Source: an uncultured Acidobacteriota bacterium (GTDB lineage Bacteria > Acidobacteriota > Vicinamibacteria > Vicinamibacterales > 2-12-FULL-66-21). From it: DNA of 64,000 bases. The translations under genes and the position numbers were made by a program. Shown in pieces: positions 33,036 through 44,340 of this stretch. The stretch lies in contig CAWKBU010000005.1 in NCBI GenBank assembly GCA_963847975.1, positions 4,439 to 68,438 of the forward strand. Reading direction: 5' to 3'. The notes under the pieces are model-generated. The model was not told where the DNA came from. It did not search any database and saw nothing but the letters and a program-made list of their open reading frames with translations. Within the stretch, counting starts at the first letter, position 1; every line of letters starts with the position of its first letter.

Positions 33036-35048
33036 CTACTTCGCCCCCGGCACCGCGAACGCCATGATGCTGTCGTCGGTCAAGGGCGCACCGAAGAAGC
33101 CGCCGCCGGCCGACGTGATCACCACGTACTGCTTGCCGTCTTTGCCGAGGTAGGTGCTCGGCGTCGCATTGGCGGCGCCGCCGAGCTTGAACGTCCACAG
33201 CTCCTTGCCCGTCTTCGCGTCGAACGCCCGGAACCGGGCATCGTCGGTCGCGGCGACGAACACGAGTCCGCCGGCGGTGGCGATCGGTCCGCCGTTGCCC
33301 GGCCGGCCGGTCTTCTGCTTCTCGGGCGGCAGGCTGTCGGTGATGCCGAGCGGCACGCGCCAGGCGAACTCGCCGGTGTTGACGTCAACGGCGGTCAACT
33401 GTCCCCACGGCGGCTGCTGGCACATCATGTTCGACGCCTCGTCCTTGAAGCGTCCGCCGCCCGGAATCCCCTGATACGGACCGTTCGGATCGCACACGAT
33501 TGCCCTGACCGGCGCCCTGCGCCGCACCGGTGGCGGCCGGATCGCGATCCGTGACGCCCGCGAGCTGGCCGAGCTCGTTCGTGTTGACGAAGAGATAACC
33601 GAGCTGCGGATTGAACGCCGTGCCGCCCCAGTTGACGCCGCCGTGATTGCCGGGAAACTGCAGGCGCAGGCGCTTGTAGCCTTGCGGCAGGTAGGGTCCG
33701 CCGAGCTGCACGCCCTCCATGAGCTTCCGGCACGCGGCTTCGAGCTCGGGCGTCACGGTCGCGACATCGGCCGCCGTAAACGTCATGCGCGCGAGCGGCG
33801 GCGGCTTGAGCGGGAACGGCTGCGTCTTCGACGCGCGCTCGAGCGGCACTTCGCTCGGCGGCACGGGACGCTCCTCGACGCCGTAAATCGGCTTGCCGGT
33901 GACGCGGTCGAGCAGGAACAACAGGCCGGGCTTGTTGATCACCGCCACGGCGGGAATCGTCTTGCCGCCCTGCTTGACGTCGATAAGCGCCGGCGCGGCC
34001 GAGAGGTCGGCGTCCCAGATATCGTGATGCACGACCTGGAAGTGCCACAGGTACTTGCCGGTGTTCGCGTCCGCCGCGACGATGCTCGTGCCGAAGAGGT
34101 TGTCGCCGGCGCGATCGCCGCCGTATTGATCGACCGAGGGCGCGCCGAACGGCATGTAGACGATGCCGCGCTGGACGTCGACGGTGATGAAGCCCCAGAC
34201 GTTGACGCCCGAGCGATTCTTCCAGCTGTCGCCCGCCCACGTGTCGTTGAACTTCTCGCCCGCCTGCGGGACCGAACGGAACGTCCACACCAGCTTGCCG
34301 GTGTGGACGTCCCAGGCGCGCACATCGCCCAGCGGCCCTCGCGGCGGGTTCTCCTGGTTGCGGCTGCCGGTGATGATGAGGTTCTTGTAGATGGTCGGCG
34401 GCGAGCTCAGGCCGACGCTGCCCGGACATGCCCTGGAGGATCTCGGGGGTGTTCATGTCGATGCTGCCGCTGTCGCCGAAGGTCTCGGTTGGCTGGCCGG
34501 TCTTGGCGTCGAGCGAGTAGAGCCGGCCGTTGCCGGTGGCGAAGATGATCTGCGGCGGCGTTCGCGCATCGCCGGGCCAGTACTCGACGCCGCGCGTCGA
34601 GGGATTGCCCGCCGGCACCTGAAAGACCCAGACTTCCTTGCCCGTCGTCGGGTCGAGCGCCACGACGCGGCCATAGGGCGTGCTGAGATGTACATCACGC
34701 CGTTGACGACGAGCGGCGTGGTCTCGCTCGCGGCGAAGCCCGAGCCGCCGCGTCCCGCGGCCACGTCCCGGTGCCGGAGCGGCCGTCGCCGGACCGGCGG
34801 CGGCGGCTCGGTGGCTGCGGCGGGCGCATGTGGTACACCCACGCCACCTGCAGCTGGCCGACGTTGGCTGGCGTGATCTGCGTGAGCGGCGAGAAGCGCA
34901 TCCCGCCGGAATCGTGGCCGTAGGTCGGCCATTCCGTCGACGGCGCGCGCGGGTTTGGCCGCGTTCGACTGCGCCCGGATGTTCAGAACTCGCGGCAGGC
35001 ACCACCGCTGCAGCCGTGATCGACGAGCACGCCGATGAGTCGCTTCAT
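33036..35048 (-). CDS. PQQ-binding quinoprotein glucose dehydrogenase-like (frameshifts)
   Basis: RFSPLTQITPANV, TPLVV, RGVEYW, WHFQVVHHDIWD, FPGNHGGVNWGG, PPWGQL, GGLVFVAATDD, TPSTY. Confidence 0.9.
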
Positions 35049-35049
35049 G

Positions 35050-36251
35050 TCACTCCCTCTCCGAATCGAGCCAGGTGCATTCTACCTGTCTTGCGAGGGA
35101 GGGTTGTCTACGAGCGCGGCTCACTGCCCTCCGTCCGGCGTGAGCGGGAGGCGTCAGCACCGGCGTCCGGTCGGTTCCCGGCCATGGCGCCCACGCCACG
35201 CCCTTCGGGCGAGACCCGACGCCGGCGGCATAGATGATGGACTCGGAGACGCCATCGATTTCCAGGTCGCTTTCGATGCGCCGGTCGGAGAGCCCCATGG
35301 TGCAGAAAGGCGCGAGTCCGAGCCAGGTCGCGACCAGGCAGAACGTCTGGCAGAGGTGGCCGGCCTCGGCGAGGATGGCGCGATACGCGCGGGCGTGAGG
35401 GTACCGCCACTGCACGCGATCGAAGACGGTCGTCATGAGGAAGACCGCGCCAGCGCCCTTATACCAATGCTGCCCCGGAATGTACTCGGTCACTTGCCGT
35501 GCCCCTCGCCGGCCGATCCGTGCCAGCCGGTGAGCATCGGGCTGATAGTGATAGAGACCCGGATCGAGGCTCGCGACCTTGCGCGCGAGAACGTAGACCT
35601 CGATGCTGTGCCGCGCTCCGCCCGACGGCGAGGTCTTGAGCGCATGCGGTCCAGCGTGGGGAACCTGGATCCAGCCGTGCACACCCCACGTCAACTGGAG
35701 CAGCGTGGCGAGATCCGTCAACGAGATGGGGGCGCGGCCGAACTCCCGCCAGGTGCGGCGGGCCAAGCAGCAGAGAAGGAATCTCGCCTCCCAATCGCGC
35801 CGGCGGCAGCCCGATTCCGGCGGGGTATTTCGTTTTGAGTGGCGCCGGCGCCCGGAGGGTGCGGCCTTCCTTCCTCGTGGCCGCGGACGTCTCCACCACC
35901 GCAGAGCGATAGCTGACGTCCTTGGTCGCGAAGTGAAAAAAGCCGGCGGCGGGATTCCACGTCCGCCAGGCGCTCAGCTGCGTCGTCGACGTCGCGCGGC
36001 TCGTCGGAACGCGTGACGAACGTGCGGCGAACCATCAGGTTGACCAGCCGCCGGAGCAGCCGTTGCTCCTCGCGCGACCGGTTCCTCGAGAGGCTGGCCC
36101 ACGTCTTCCATTTGCCGAGACCGTCGAGCACCTCGATGGCAAGTGAAGAACCCCTGACGACTACGCCGGTGGCGTAGTTGAAAATCAGGTGCTCCCCACT
36201 CTGCCAGAAGGTGACGACATGAGGTGAACGCCGGAAGGCGAGATCACGCAC
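35050..36251 (-). CDS. SagB/ThcOx-type FMN nitroreductase-fold oxidase with N-terminal RRE-like extension (frameshifts)
   Basis: WNPAAGFFHFATKD, LLARRTWREF, KTSPSGGARHSIEVY, GLYHY, WRYPHARAYR, EAGHLCQTFCLVAT. Confidence 0.88.
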
Positions 36252-36299
36252 GGTGCGGTCCTGCCACTCCCGGCCGCGCGGGTTCAGAGCCGAGTGACA

Positions 36300-36560
36300 T
36301 CAACGGGTGCGGCGGGCCTTTCCGCGACGGGCTTCAGCGCCCCCGTAGTAGCCGAAGGGCAGGCTCATTTCAGGCTGATCGCAGGGGATCTTGTCGAGGA
36401 GCTTATACGCCAGGGTCATGTTGACGAGAGCCTTCTTGAAGACATCCTTGTCTTTCGCCGAGAACTCTCCCTTCTTCACGGCGACAAACTTCGCCAGCTT
36501 GCCGATTTTTACCTTGAGGTCACGCTTGGTCTTGCCGATGCCGGTTTTTACTTTCGCCAC
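36300..36560 (-). CDS. 86-aa Lys-rich peptide, candidate RiPP precursor
   Basis: AAGGAGG RBS before GTG; fills the gap between the kinase and the SagB-like gene; single Cys in IPCDQPEMSLPFGYYGG. Confidence 0.75.
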   Translation of the reverse strand: MAKVKTGIGKTKRDLKVKIGKLAKFVAVKKGEFSAKDKDVFKKALVNMTLAYKLLDKIPCDQPEMSLPFGYYGGAEARRGKARRTR

Positions 36561-36604
36561 TCAGCCCTCCTTGACACGATCGACCGAAATGTCGGCCTGA
36601 TCCG

Positions 36605-39194
36605 CTAGAGTCCCAACCGCCCGAGCAGTGCGTCGAAGCGAGGATCGGCACGCAAGGGGTCCCATCGGGGGTCCACCTTCAGCCACAAGATGCGACGAGA
36701 TTTCAGTGCAACCGCACGCTCGAGATACGCAAAGGCTTCATCCGCTTGTCCCAGCCTTGTGTACACCAGCGAGAAGAGCTCGGGTGGAACTTCCTCGGAT
36801 CTGGCGCGGACGAAGAGGCGGTCCAGGATCGCCTGCGCTTCCGCGATTCGGCCGGCTCCGGCGTACGCACTCGCCACTTCCGCGTCGACGTAGGCGCTTC
36901 CAGTCGAAGGGTCCGCGACCTGCAGGAACTCGGCGGCGGCCTGGTCGAACCGACCAGTGGCGGAGAAAATGCGGCCCAGCTGCACGTGCACTTTCCGGGC
37001 ATTGAGCGCGCGATCGCGAACGGACATCACGATCGTTTCGGCCTCGGAGAAACGCCCCGCGTACTGCAGCATCGGAACGAGCTCGAGATCGGTATTGTCG
37101 GAGTACCGGATCCAGCGCTTGTGCAGCTCGAAGTTCTTCGAGCCCTTGATCGACCTGGCCTCGAGCGGCGAGGAAGTGTGAATAGCGCTGGCGCGCGAAT
37201 TCGTAGCTCGTGCTGAGCGAGACCGCTCGCTGGAACGCGGCCGCGGCGCCCTTCCAGTCCCAATCGAGTTGGAACGCGACTTCCGCCAGGACGGCTTCGG
37301 CTTCGGCGATCCCGTTGTCCAGTTCGAGCGCCCGGCGCGCGGAGATTCTCGCCAGCTCGCCATGGGTCTCCCATGCACTCCGGCCGCTGCTGCCAAGGTT
37401 CAAGTGCAAGTGCGCGAGCGCCGCGTGCGCGGGCGCGAACGAGGATTCCAGCGCAATCGCCCGCTCGAGCTCTATGCGCGCACGCTCCAGCTCAGCTCGA
37501 CTGGCGCGCTCGAGCAGGTAACGACCAAGGGCATAGGATTCATAGGCTTCAGCGCTGGCCGCGGCCGGTCTGTCCAGCCGCGTGAGAATGCGCGTGGGCA
37601 CGTTGACCTTCATCGCGCGAGCAATCGAGAGAGACGTGGCACGGCGCAGAGACGTCAAGCTGGTGCTCGACCCCATGAACGTCTCCGCCCAGGCCGGGGA
37701 ATCGGATCCAGCGAGAAACACGCGCAGCTTCACTTCGAACTGGTCACCCCGCTTCGAGACGGAGCCGGACGCAACCGCGGAGGCTCCGAGACGATCGGCG
37801 ACTTGCGCCATCGAGAGCCGATCGCGCTTGGCATTCGCCGCCGACTCCCGCGAGATGACGCGGAGTGTGTCGACCAGAGCGAGCCCCTGGTAAATCTCGT
37901 CCGAGATGGCATCCGCGATGTGAGGTTCGGCACCAAGTCCCGCGTCGAGCGGCATCAGTACCACGAGCGGCGTCGAACTGGCGGGCGCACTCCAACGTGA
38001 CCACACCTGCTGCACCGCCACCAGGACCGCCAGCGACGCGACCGCCGCGATGACGAAGGGCCACACTCTCAGCGGCGTCGGCCCCCCGAGCGCGGCTTCG
38101 AACTCCCCCGCCGTCGCGTAGCGCTCCCGCGGATCGGTCGCGATCGCGCGTTCGACGGCACGCACAAACCACGACGGGCATTTGGGCGCCGCGTCCCGCA
38201 GGCGCCGCACGCGGCCATTGCGGTGCGCGTCGAGCAACTCCATCGGCGTCTGGCCGCGAACCGGGTAATCGTTGCTGACGAGGTGGTACAGCAGGACGCC
38301 GAGGCTGTAGATGTCGCTGCGGGCTGACGTCTCGCCGCGCTCCAGCACCTCCGGCGCGAGATAGAGGGGCGTCCCGGTGACGGACCCGGCGCGCGCTTCG
38401 CCCTCGCTCAGCTGCAGACCGGCGCCGAAGTCCATCAGGACAACCCGGCCGCCGTTTTCGCGCATGACGTTCTGGGCCTTGATGTCGCGATGCACGAGAC
38501 CGGCCGCATGCACGGCCGCAAGGGCCTGACAGAGGTCCTGACCGATGAGCGCGGCCTCGCGCGCGCCCCGCGGGCCATCGGTCGCGAGCAGCGCCTCGAG
38601 CGTGCGCCCGCGAATGAACTCCATGCACAGCCCGGCGCGCCCGTCCCGCTCCTCGGCGTCGTGCACGACGACGACGTTCGGGTGCTCGACGCGGGCGAGC
38701 GCGCGAGCCTCGTGCAGCATGCGGTCGACCAGGCCGTCGCGCCGGCGGTTGACGTGCAGGAGCTTGACCGCCACCTCGCGCTGCAGTTGCGAATCGCGCG
38801 CGCGATAGACGTCGCCGAACGTGCCCTTGCCGACCAGCTCGAGGAGCTCGAGACGTCCCCAACGTGCCACAGCCTCGGGCTCGCCGAGGTCCTGAGAGAT
38901 CGTGGGCGCCTCGGCGGCGGCCACGTCGTCCGGCGATGGGCGCGCGCGTACTTCGAACGGCAGCAAGCTGGCGATGGTGTGGGCGCGCGCGCGCAACGCG
39001 CGCTCGTCCTCGCGCAACGCACCGGCTTCCGTGCGCTGGATGTCCGAGATCTGCGAGAGGAGGCGGATGTGGCGCAACAGCTCGCGGTCGCGGTCGTTGT
39101 CGAGCTCGATCGTGATCAAACCCCAGTCGACCGCGCCCGTTCCCTCCACCACGGCATCGACGGCACGCACGATCGCGTCGCGGCCGGTCCTCAT
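36605..39194 (-). CDS. Ser/Thr kinase with TM, TolB-like N domain and TPR repeats (frameshift near 37105)
   Basis: VGKGTFGDVY, VAVKLL, HRDIKAQN, DFG, GTPLYLAPE; TPR segments; LKVDPRWDPLRADPRF end; overlaps the ECF stop. Confidence 0.9.
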
Positions 39195-39955
39195 GACGCG
39201 TCCCTCATGGCGGACTCGTCCTTCGCCTGGCTCATCTTCGCCATCTCGTGCGCGAGTCTGAGCACGGCCCGGCGCGCCGCCACGCGCGCGGCGTTGCCGG
39301 AGGCAAGGCCCAGCTCCGCGGCGATTTCGTCGTAACTGAGCTGCTCGTCGATCTTGAGCGTGACCAGGGCTGCGTCGCGGGGTTTCAGCCGCGTCAACGC
39401 CGTGTCGTAGAGCGCAATCTGCTCCTCGCTCAACACCCGTTCGAGCGGGCTCCTGGTCTTGTCCGGGTGCTGGTCATCGAGCGCCACGCGCTGCGGCTGG
39501 CGTATTCGTTGCCGCAGGTAGTCGATGATCAGGTTCCGCAGGGTCGTCCGCATGTAAGCGGCCAGTGCGCCCGGATGCCGGACTTCGAAGTCGCCCAGGC
39601 GCGACATGCCCCGCTGCACGGCCTCGAGGACGACGTCCTGGGTGTCGAGCATGTCGCGCACGGCTGGAGGCAACCGGCCGGCTGCGTAGCGGCTGAGCGA
39701 CTTGAGGCAGCGGAGGCAGAGCGCCTCGAGGGCCACCGAGTCACCGGCGCGAGCCCGGATCGTGAGCTCGACCGTCGATTCGACGCTGCTCGACGCGGCT
39801 GGAGATACTTGCCGCTCGGCGAGGGAGCTGGAATAGAGAAACTGGATCGGACGGATCCCGGCCGGGGGCGTCAGTGCTCCGGACGCACTGGCAGAACCGG
39901 TGGCGTCCGCCTGCCTGTGGGTTTCGTCCGGGGGATTACTCCCGCTACTGCGCAT
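39191..39955 (-). CDS. ECF sigma factor (kinase-associated type); start uncertain
   Basis: STVELTIRARAGDSVALEAL..GRLP..DTQDVV..AYMRTTLRNLIIDYLR..ALTRL..SYDEIAAELG. Confidence 0.88.
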   Translation of the reverse strand: MRSSGSNPPDETHRQADATGSASASGALTPPAGIRPIQFLYSSSLAERQVSPAASSSVESTVELTIRARAGDSVALEALCLRCLKSLSRYAAGRLPPAVRDMLDTQDVVLEAVQRGMSRLGDFEVRHPGALAAYMRTTLRNLIIDYLRQRIRQPQRVALDDQHPDKTRSPLERVLSEEQIALYDTALTRLKPRDAALVTLKIDEQLSYDEIAAELGLASGNAARVAARRAVLRLAHEMAKMSQAKDESAMRDAS

Positions 39956-40204
39956 CTGGCCTCCGGCCCCAACGCACGATTTGACGAACGGGAGCCGGAA
40001 TATTCCCACGAAGCGCCCCCCGGGACCAAACCCGGTCGTCCGGTGCTCACCGCACTCGTCGCGTTACCTGGAACAACGTGTGCCACGCCAAAACGTTACA
40101 ACGGGGGCGAAACCCCAGCGAACGCGCGCGCTCGCGTCCCACCCGGGTCGACAGCGGAACTCGCACGGAGTAGGATTCGCCGATCGATTGGAGAAGGAGG
40201 ACGC

Positions 40205-40999
40205 GTGAGAAGGCTGACGTGGGCCACGGCCCTGGTGATCTTCGGACTCTTGCAACTGCCGGCTGCCGGGCAACAGCCCCAGCCGCCCGCCCCCGCGGGC
40301 CAGGGCCGGGGAGGCGGTGGCCTCTTTCCCGAGACCGAGCCCGACGATGTCGCGGGTTTCGTGCCGATCTTCGACGGCAAGACGCTGGCGGGGTGGGACG
40401 GCGACCAGACGTTCTGGCGCGCGGAGAACGGCTCGATCGTCGGCGAGACCACGCCGGAGAAGGTCGTCAAGCTCAACAACTTCCTTATCTGGCGCGGGGG
40501 CACCGTCAAGGACTTCGAGCTCAAGGTCGAGTTCCGCCTGAGCGGCACCAACAGCGGCATCCAGTACCGCAGCGTCGAGCTCCCCGCCGTCGGCAAGTGG
40601 GTCCTCAAGGGCTACCAGGCCGATCTGGACTTCACGGAAGGTTTCGTCGGCAACATCCACGACGAGCGCGGCCGATCTCCGAGCGGCGAAGGACACGTCA
40701 TCCTCTCCCCCCGCGGCCAGGCGACCCGCATCGTCGACGGGCCCAAATACAAGGTGCTCGGAAAGATCGGCGACCCGACGCTGTTGCGCGGCGTGATGAA
40801 CGTCAACGGCTGGAATCGGTATCACATCATCGCGCGCGGACCGGTGATCCTCCAGTTCCTCAACAGCCAGCTGATGAGCGTCGCGATCGACGAGGACACC
40901 AAGCACGCCGTTCCCGAAGGTGTGCTGGGCTTCCAGATGCACACCGGGCCGCCGTTCAAGATCGAGTACCGGAACGTGATGTATCGAAAGCTGCCGTAG
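40205..40999 (+). CDS. DUF1080 (3-keto-disaccharide hydrolase-like) secreted protein
   Basis: [46 protein letters not shown]; strong RBS. Confidence 0.92.
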   Translation: MRRLTWATALVIFGLLQLPAAGQQPQPPAPAGQGRGGGGLFPETEPDDVAGFVPIFDGKTLAGWDGDQTFWRAENGSIVGETTPEKVVKLNNFLIWRGGTVKDFELKVEFRLSGTNSGIQYRSVELPAVGKWVLKGYQADLDFTEGFVGNIHDERGRSPSGEGHVILSPRGQATRIVDGPKYKVLGKIGDPTLLRGVMNVNGWNRYHIIARGPVILQFLNSQLMSVAIDEDTKHAVPEGVLGFQMHTGPPFKIEYRNVMYRKLP

Positions 41000-41084
41000 C
41001 GCGGCAGCGCTATGCTGGCCAGAGCCGCCGAACTCGACTGTAATGTCGAACCACGCGACCTGACGCCCGACGATCGGCGCTGCT

Positions 41085-41128
41085 GAGCGAGCGTGCAGGG
41101 TTGTCCGAGTGGGCAAAGCCCCTCGGAC
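41085..41128. repeat. Degenerate copy of the GTCCGAGGGGCGAAGCCCCTCGGA hairpin repeat
   Basis: GTCCGAGTGGGC-aaa-GCCCCTCGGAC between convergent genes; matches 14876-14899. Confidence 0.65.
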
Positions 41129-44100
41129 TAGAAACGCAGCCCGAACGTCATCCGGAACGTCCGCGGCGACGTGAACGCAAAGCGATTCAGCGGCGTACCG
41201 AAGTTGCTGTTGTAGTTCCAGTTGACGCCCTCCACGGGCGTCGTGGTGAACGGATTGAACGGCGTGAGCGAGGGCGTGCTCACCGGTGTCAGCACGCCGC
41301 TGCCGATGCGCGACAACGCCACACCGCCGCCGTTGTTGAAGACGTCGGCGCCGCAGGCGCAGAGATCCTGCACGTTGAAGATGTTCAGCATCTGCGCCTG
41401 GATGAACGCCTCGGCCGATCGGCTGCGCGGCACGCGATAGCTGTAGTTGAGCGCCATGTCCGTGCGGCGCGACATCTCGGTGCGAAACGCATCTCTCGCC
41501 GTGTAGTAGTAGGTCTCGCGCGTGCCGCCCTGCGGCGTCGCGTAGCCGAGATCGGGCACATACGGCCGGGCGTCGACAACCGCGCTCGCCGAGAAGCCCG
41601 ACTGCCCCGAGGCGAGCCCGCCGCCGGCGCCGTACGGCACGCCCGTCGCCAGGTCCTGCAGCACGCTGATCGTCAGCCCCTCGATCTTGGGCACACCGTA
41701 GGTGAACCAGAAGGTCGCCCGGTGCCGCTGATCGGCCGCGAGATCGCCCTCGGGCGCGAACCACGCCGCCTCCCGGTACTCGGGATACTGGAAGAGGTCG
41801 GTCGTCAGCGGACCGCTCGCGGTGTTCTCGCCGTCGAAGTTCCCCCACAGCCGCGAGAGCGTGTAGCTGCCGCCGGCGTCGCTCCTCGAATTGATCCGGT
41901 ACCGGCCCGAGACCGTCACGCCCGAGTAGCGGCGCTTCAGGTCGTTGGTGTTCTCGATGATCGCCAGATCCGCGCGGTTGCCGTACTGGTCGACGACAAT
42001 GCCGGTGGTGCGATCGATCCGCGAGGAATAGAAGTCGCGATAGTCACGGAACGAGTAATCGGCCCGCAGGACCGCGCGGCTCGTGAGCTGACGGCTGATC
42101 CCGGCCGCGTACACGCGTACGTTCGGGGACGTCAGGGAGTTCGGAATCTGCACCGAGACGCCGGGCACCGACGAGGCCGCCGGCGTCATGCCCGTGCCGC
42201 CGTTGGCGTTGAACCACGCGAACAGCTGCTGCAGCGCGACGTCCGACGTGACGAGCGTGGCGGCGTTCACGTCCGAATTGATGGCCGGGCCCTGATACGT
42301 GTACTGGATGGTCGCCGGATTTCCACCGGCAGACGACGAATCCGCGATCGAGTTGTTGAGCCCGCTGACGTATTTCGCGAAGCTGCCGGTGATCGCCCAC
42401 AGCCCCTGGCCGGTCGGATCCCAGACGATGCCGACGCGCGGGCTGAAGGCGCTGTCGTCAGCGACCGTATTGCCGGCGCTGTCCTTGCCCTGGTTCTTGT
42501 CCCACCGCAGGCCGAGGTTGACCGTGACCCGGTCGGTCCAGCGCCAGTTGTCGTTGATGAAGAGCGCGTTGGTCCTGAAGTTGGTGCCCTCGCTCCCGAT
42601 CGTGATCGGGTTGTACTGAATGGTGGTCGAACCCGGCAGCCAGCGCGGGTAGATGTCAGTGCCGCGGATGATGCTGGTCGTGCCGAGGATGCGGTAGTCG
42701 CTCCCCGACTGATGGTTGTTGGCAAAGCGCTTGTCGTTGAAGGTGTCGAAGCCGAAATGGACCGTGTGGGATCCCGTTCCCCGCGTCGACAGGACGTAGG
42801 TGCCCTTCACGAACACTTCTTCGTTGTCGCGCTTCTCCGTGTCGCACACGCCGCAGAAGGTCGCCGACCAGTAGCGCAGGTTGCCGCGGGCGCTGTCGAT
42901 GAGCAGGGTGCCGTCGATGAGGTCGGTTGAGGTCGCGCCGGATCCGATGAAGCTGAAGTGGCGCGCCGAGTAGCGGCCCTCGACGAAGAACGACGGCGAG
43001 AGCACTCCGCTGTAGCCCACCGTGAAGAGATTCTGCGGCAACTCGCGCGTGTAGAGGCTCCGCAGATCCATCGAGGTCGCGGTGCTGAACGTCCCGTTGG
43101 CTTCGGTCTGGACGACCTTGGTGTAGGTGCCGTCGAAGCGATGATTCGGGTTCGCCGAGTACGTCACCTTGCCCTCGTAGCGCTGACTCTTGTCTTCGAA
43201 CGTATACGGGATGTTGAGGGGCGCCACGGTGTTGCGGCCGACGGGCGCGTTGCGGAACCTGCCGGCGGTGAAGAACCACAGCCGGTCGCGCATGATCGGC
43301 CCGCCGAGGACGTACTCATATTGAGAGATGACGCGATCGACCTTGGTATCGGTCGTGAACGGATGGTCGTCGTTGCCGTTGACCTTCGCGCGCCAGTCGT
43401 CGTTGTAGAGCGAGTCGCGGAACGAGCCGCTGAAGCGGTTCCCGCCCGACTTGGTGATCACGTTCACCACGCCGCCGCTGAAGCGGCCGTACTCGGCCGA
43501 GATGCCGTCGGTCGCGACCATCGTCTCCTGCACCGCATCCTCGATGTAGAGGTTGTTGGCCTGGCCGCGGAGGTTCTCGTTCACGTTCACGCCGTTGACG
43601 AGGTACAGCGACTCGAACGACATCGCGCCGGCAATCGAGTAGCTGCCGTTCGGCCCCGACGGGTGCACGGCCGGCGCCTTCAGAATCACGGCATTGATAT
43701 CGCGCGTCGTCGGCAGCGTCGCCATCAACTCCTGCTTGAAGTTGGTGGCCACTTCCGCCGTGTGCGTCATCAGTTCGCCCGCGCCAGGCCGCACGTCGAC
43801 GGTCTCGCTCAGCGCTGCCGGGCCGAGGGCCGCATTGAGCGTGAGCGCCTGACTGAGCGCCACCGTCGCCGCTTTCTGCTGCCGCTCGAATCCGCTGAGC
43901 TCGAAATTGACGGTGTACGTGCCCGGCGGGACGCGCGGGATGATGTAGTCGCCGTTCTCGGTGGACACCACGGTGAGCGTGCCCTGCAGGTTGGGACCAG
44001 TGACCGTCACCGTGACGCCGGGCAGCGCCAGCCCCTGGCTATCGACAATCCGTCCCGAGATCGTGCCCGTCGTCGTCTGCGCCGACAGAGTTGCCGACAG

Positions 44101-44145
44101 CAACAGCACGAGCGCCCATCCACATACCGCTTTGCACCACCGCAT
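41128..44145 (-). CDS. TonB-dependent receptor, Oar-like, with carboxypeptidase-regulatory-like N domain
   Basis: TGTISGRIVDSQGLALPGVTV, SAEYGRFSGGVVNVITKSGGN, FSPRVG, C-terminal PRTFRMTFGLRF. Confidence 0.93.
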   Translation of the reverse strand: MRWCKAVCGWALVLLLSATLSAQTTTGTISGRIVDSQGLALPGVTVTVTGPNLQGTLTVVSTENGDYIIPRVPPGTYTVNFELSGFERQQKAATVALSQALTLNAALGPAALSETVDVRPGAGELMTHTAEVATNFKQELMATLPTTRDINAVILKAPAVHPSGPNGSYSIAGAMSFESLYLVNGVNVNENLRGQANNLYIEDAVQETMVATDGISAEYGRFSGGVVNVITKSGGNRFSGSFRDSLYNDDWRAKVNGNDDHPFTTDTKVDRVISQYEYVLGGPIMRDRLWFFTAGRFRNAPVGRNTVAPLNIPYTFEDKSQRYEGKVTYSANPNHRFDGTYTKVVQTEANGTFSTATSMDLRSLYTRELPQNLFTVGYSGVLSPSFFVEGRYSARHFSFIGSGATSTDLIDGTLLIDSARGNLRYWSATFCGVCDTEKRDNEEVFVKGTYVLSTRGTGSHTVHFGFDTFNDKRFANNHQSGSDYRILGTTSIIRGTDIYPRWLPGSTTIQYNPITIGSEGTNFRTNALFINDNWRWTDRVTVNLGLRWDKNQGKDSAGNTVADDSAFSPRVGIVWDPTGQGLWAITGSFAKYVSGLNNSIADSSSAGGNPATIQYTYQGPAINSDVNAATLVTSDVALQQLFAWFNANGGTGMTPAASSVPGVSVQIPNSLTSPNVRVYAAGISRQLTSRAVLRADYSFRDYRDFYSSRIDRTTGIVVDQYGNRADLAIIENTNDLKRRYSGVTVSGRYRINSRSDAGGSYTLSRLWGNFDGENTASGPLTTDLFQYPEYREAAWFAPEGDLAADQRHRATFWFTYGVPKIEGLTISVLQDLATGVPYGAGGGLASGQSGFSASAVVDARPYVPDLGYATPQGGTRETYYYTARDAFRTEMSRRTDMALNYSYRVPRSRSAEAFIQAQMLNIFNVQDLCACGADVFNNGGGVALSRIGSGVLTPVSTPSLTPFNPFTTTPVEGVNWNYNSNFGTPLNRFAFTSPRTFRMTFGLRF

Positions 44146-44340
44146 GAAATGTCTCCTCTCAACGGAATCGTTGAATGAGAGGAGCACTGCACCGGACGTG
44201 CCTCGACGGTTCACCCGTTCGTCATGCGGGCGCGACCACTCCACCCGCGGAGACGTTGCCGGTCACGGGGTCAATGAAGCGCTACGGGGAATTGAATCGC
44301 AGTCCTCCTGATTATTGGACTGGCGGCCGAATCAACCCGC

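Noticed and set aside
33036-35048. PQQ dehydrogenase as part of the peptide/SagB cassette
   Set aside because: It is adjacent and co-oriented, but it has its own RBS and signal peptide and belongs to a family common in such genomes; there is no evidence of a functional link.
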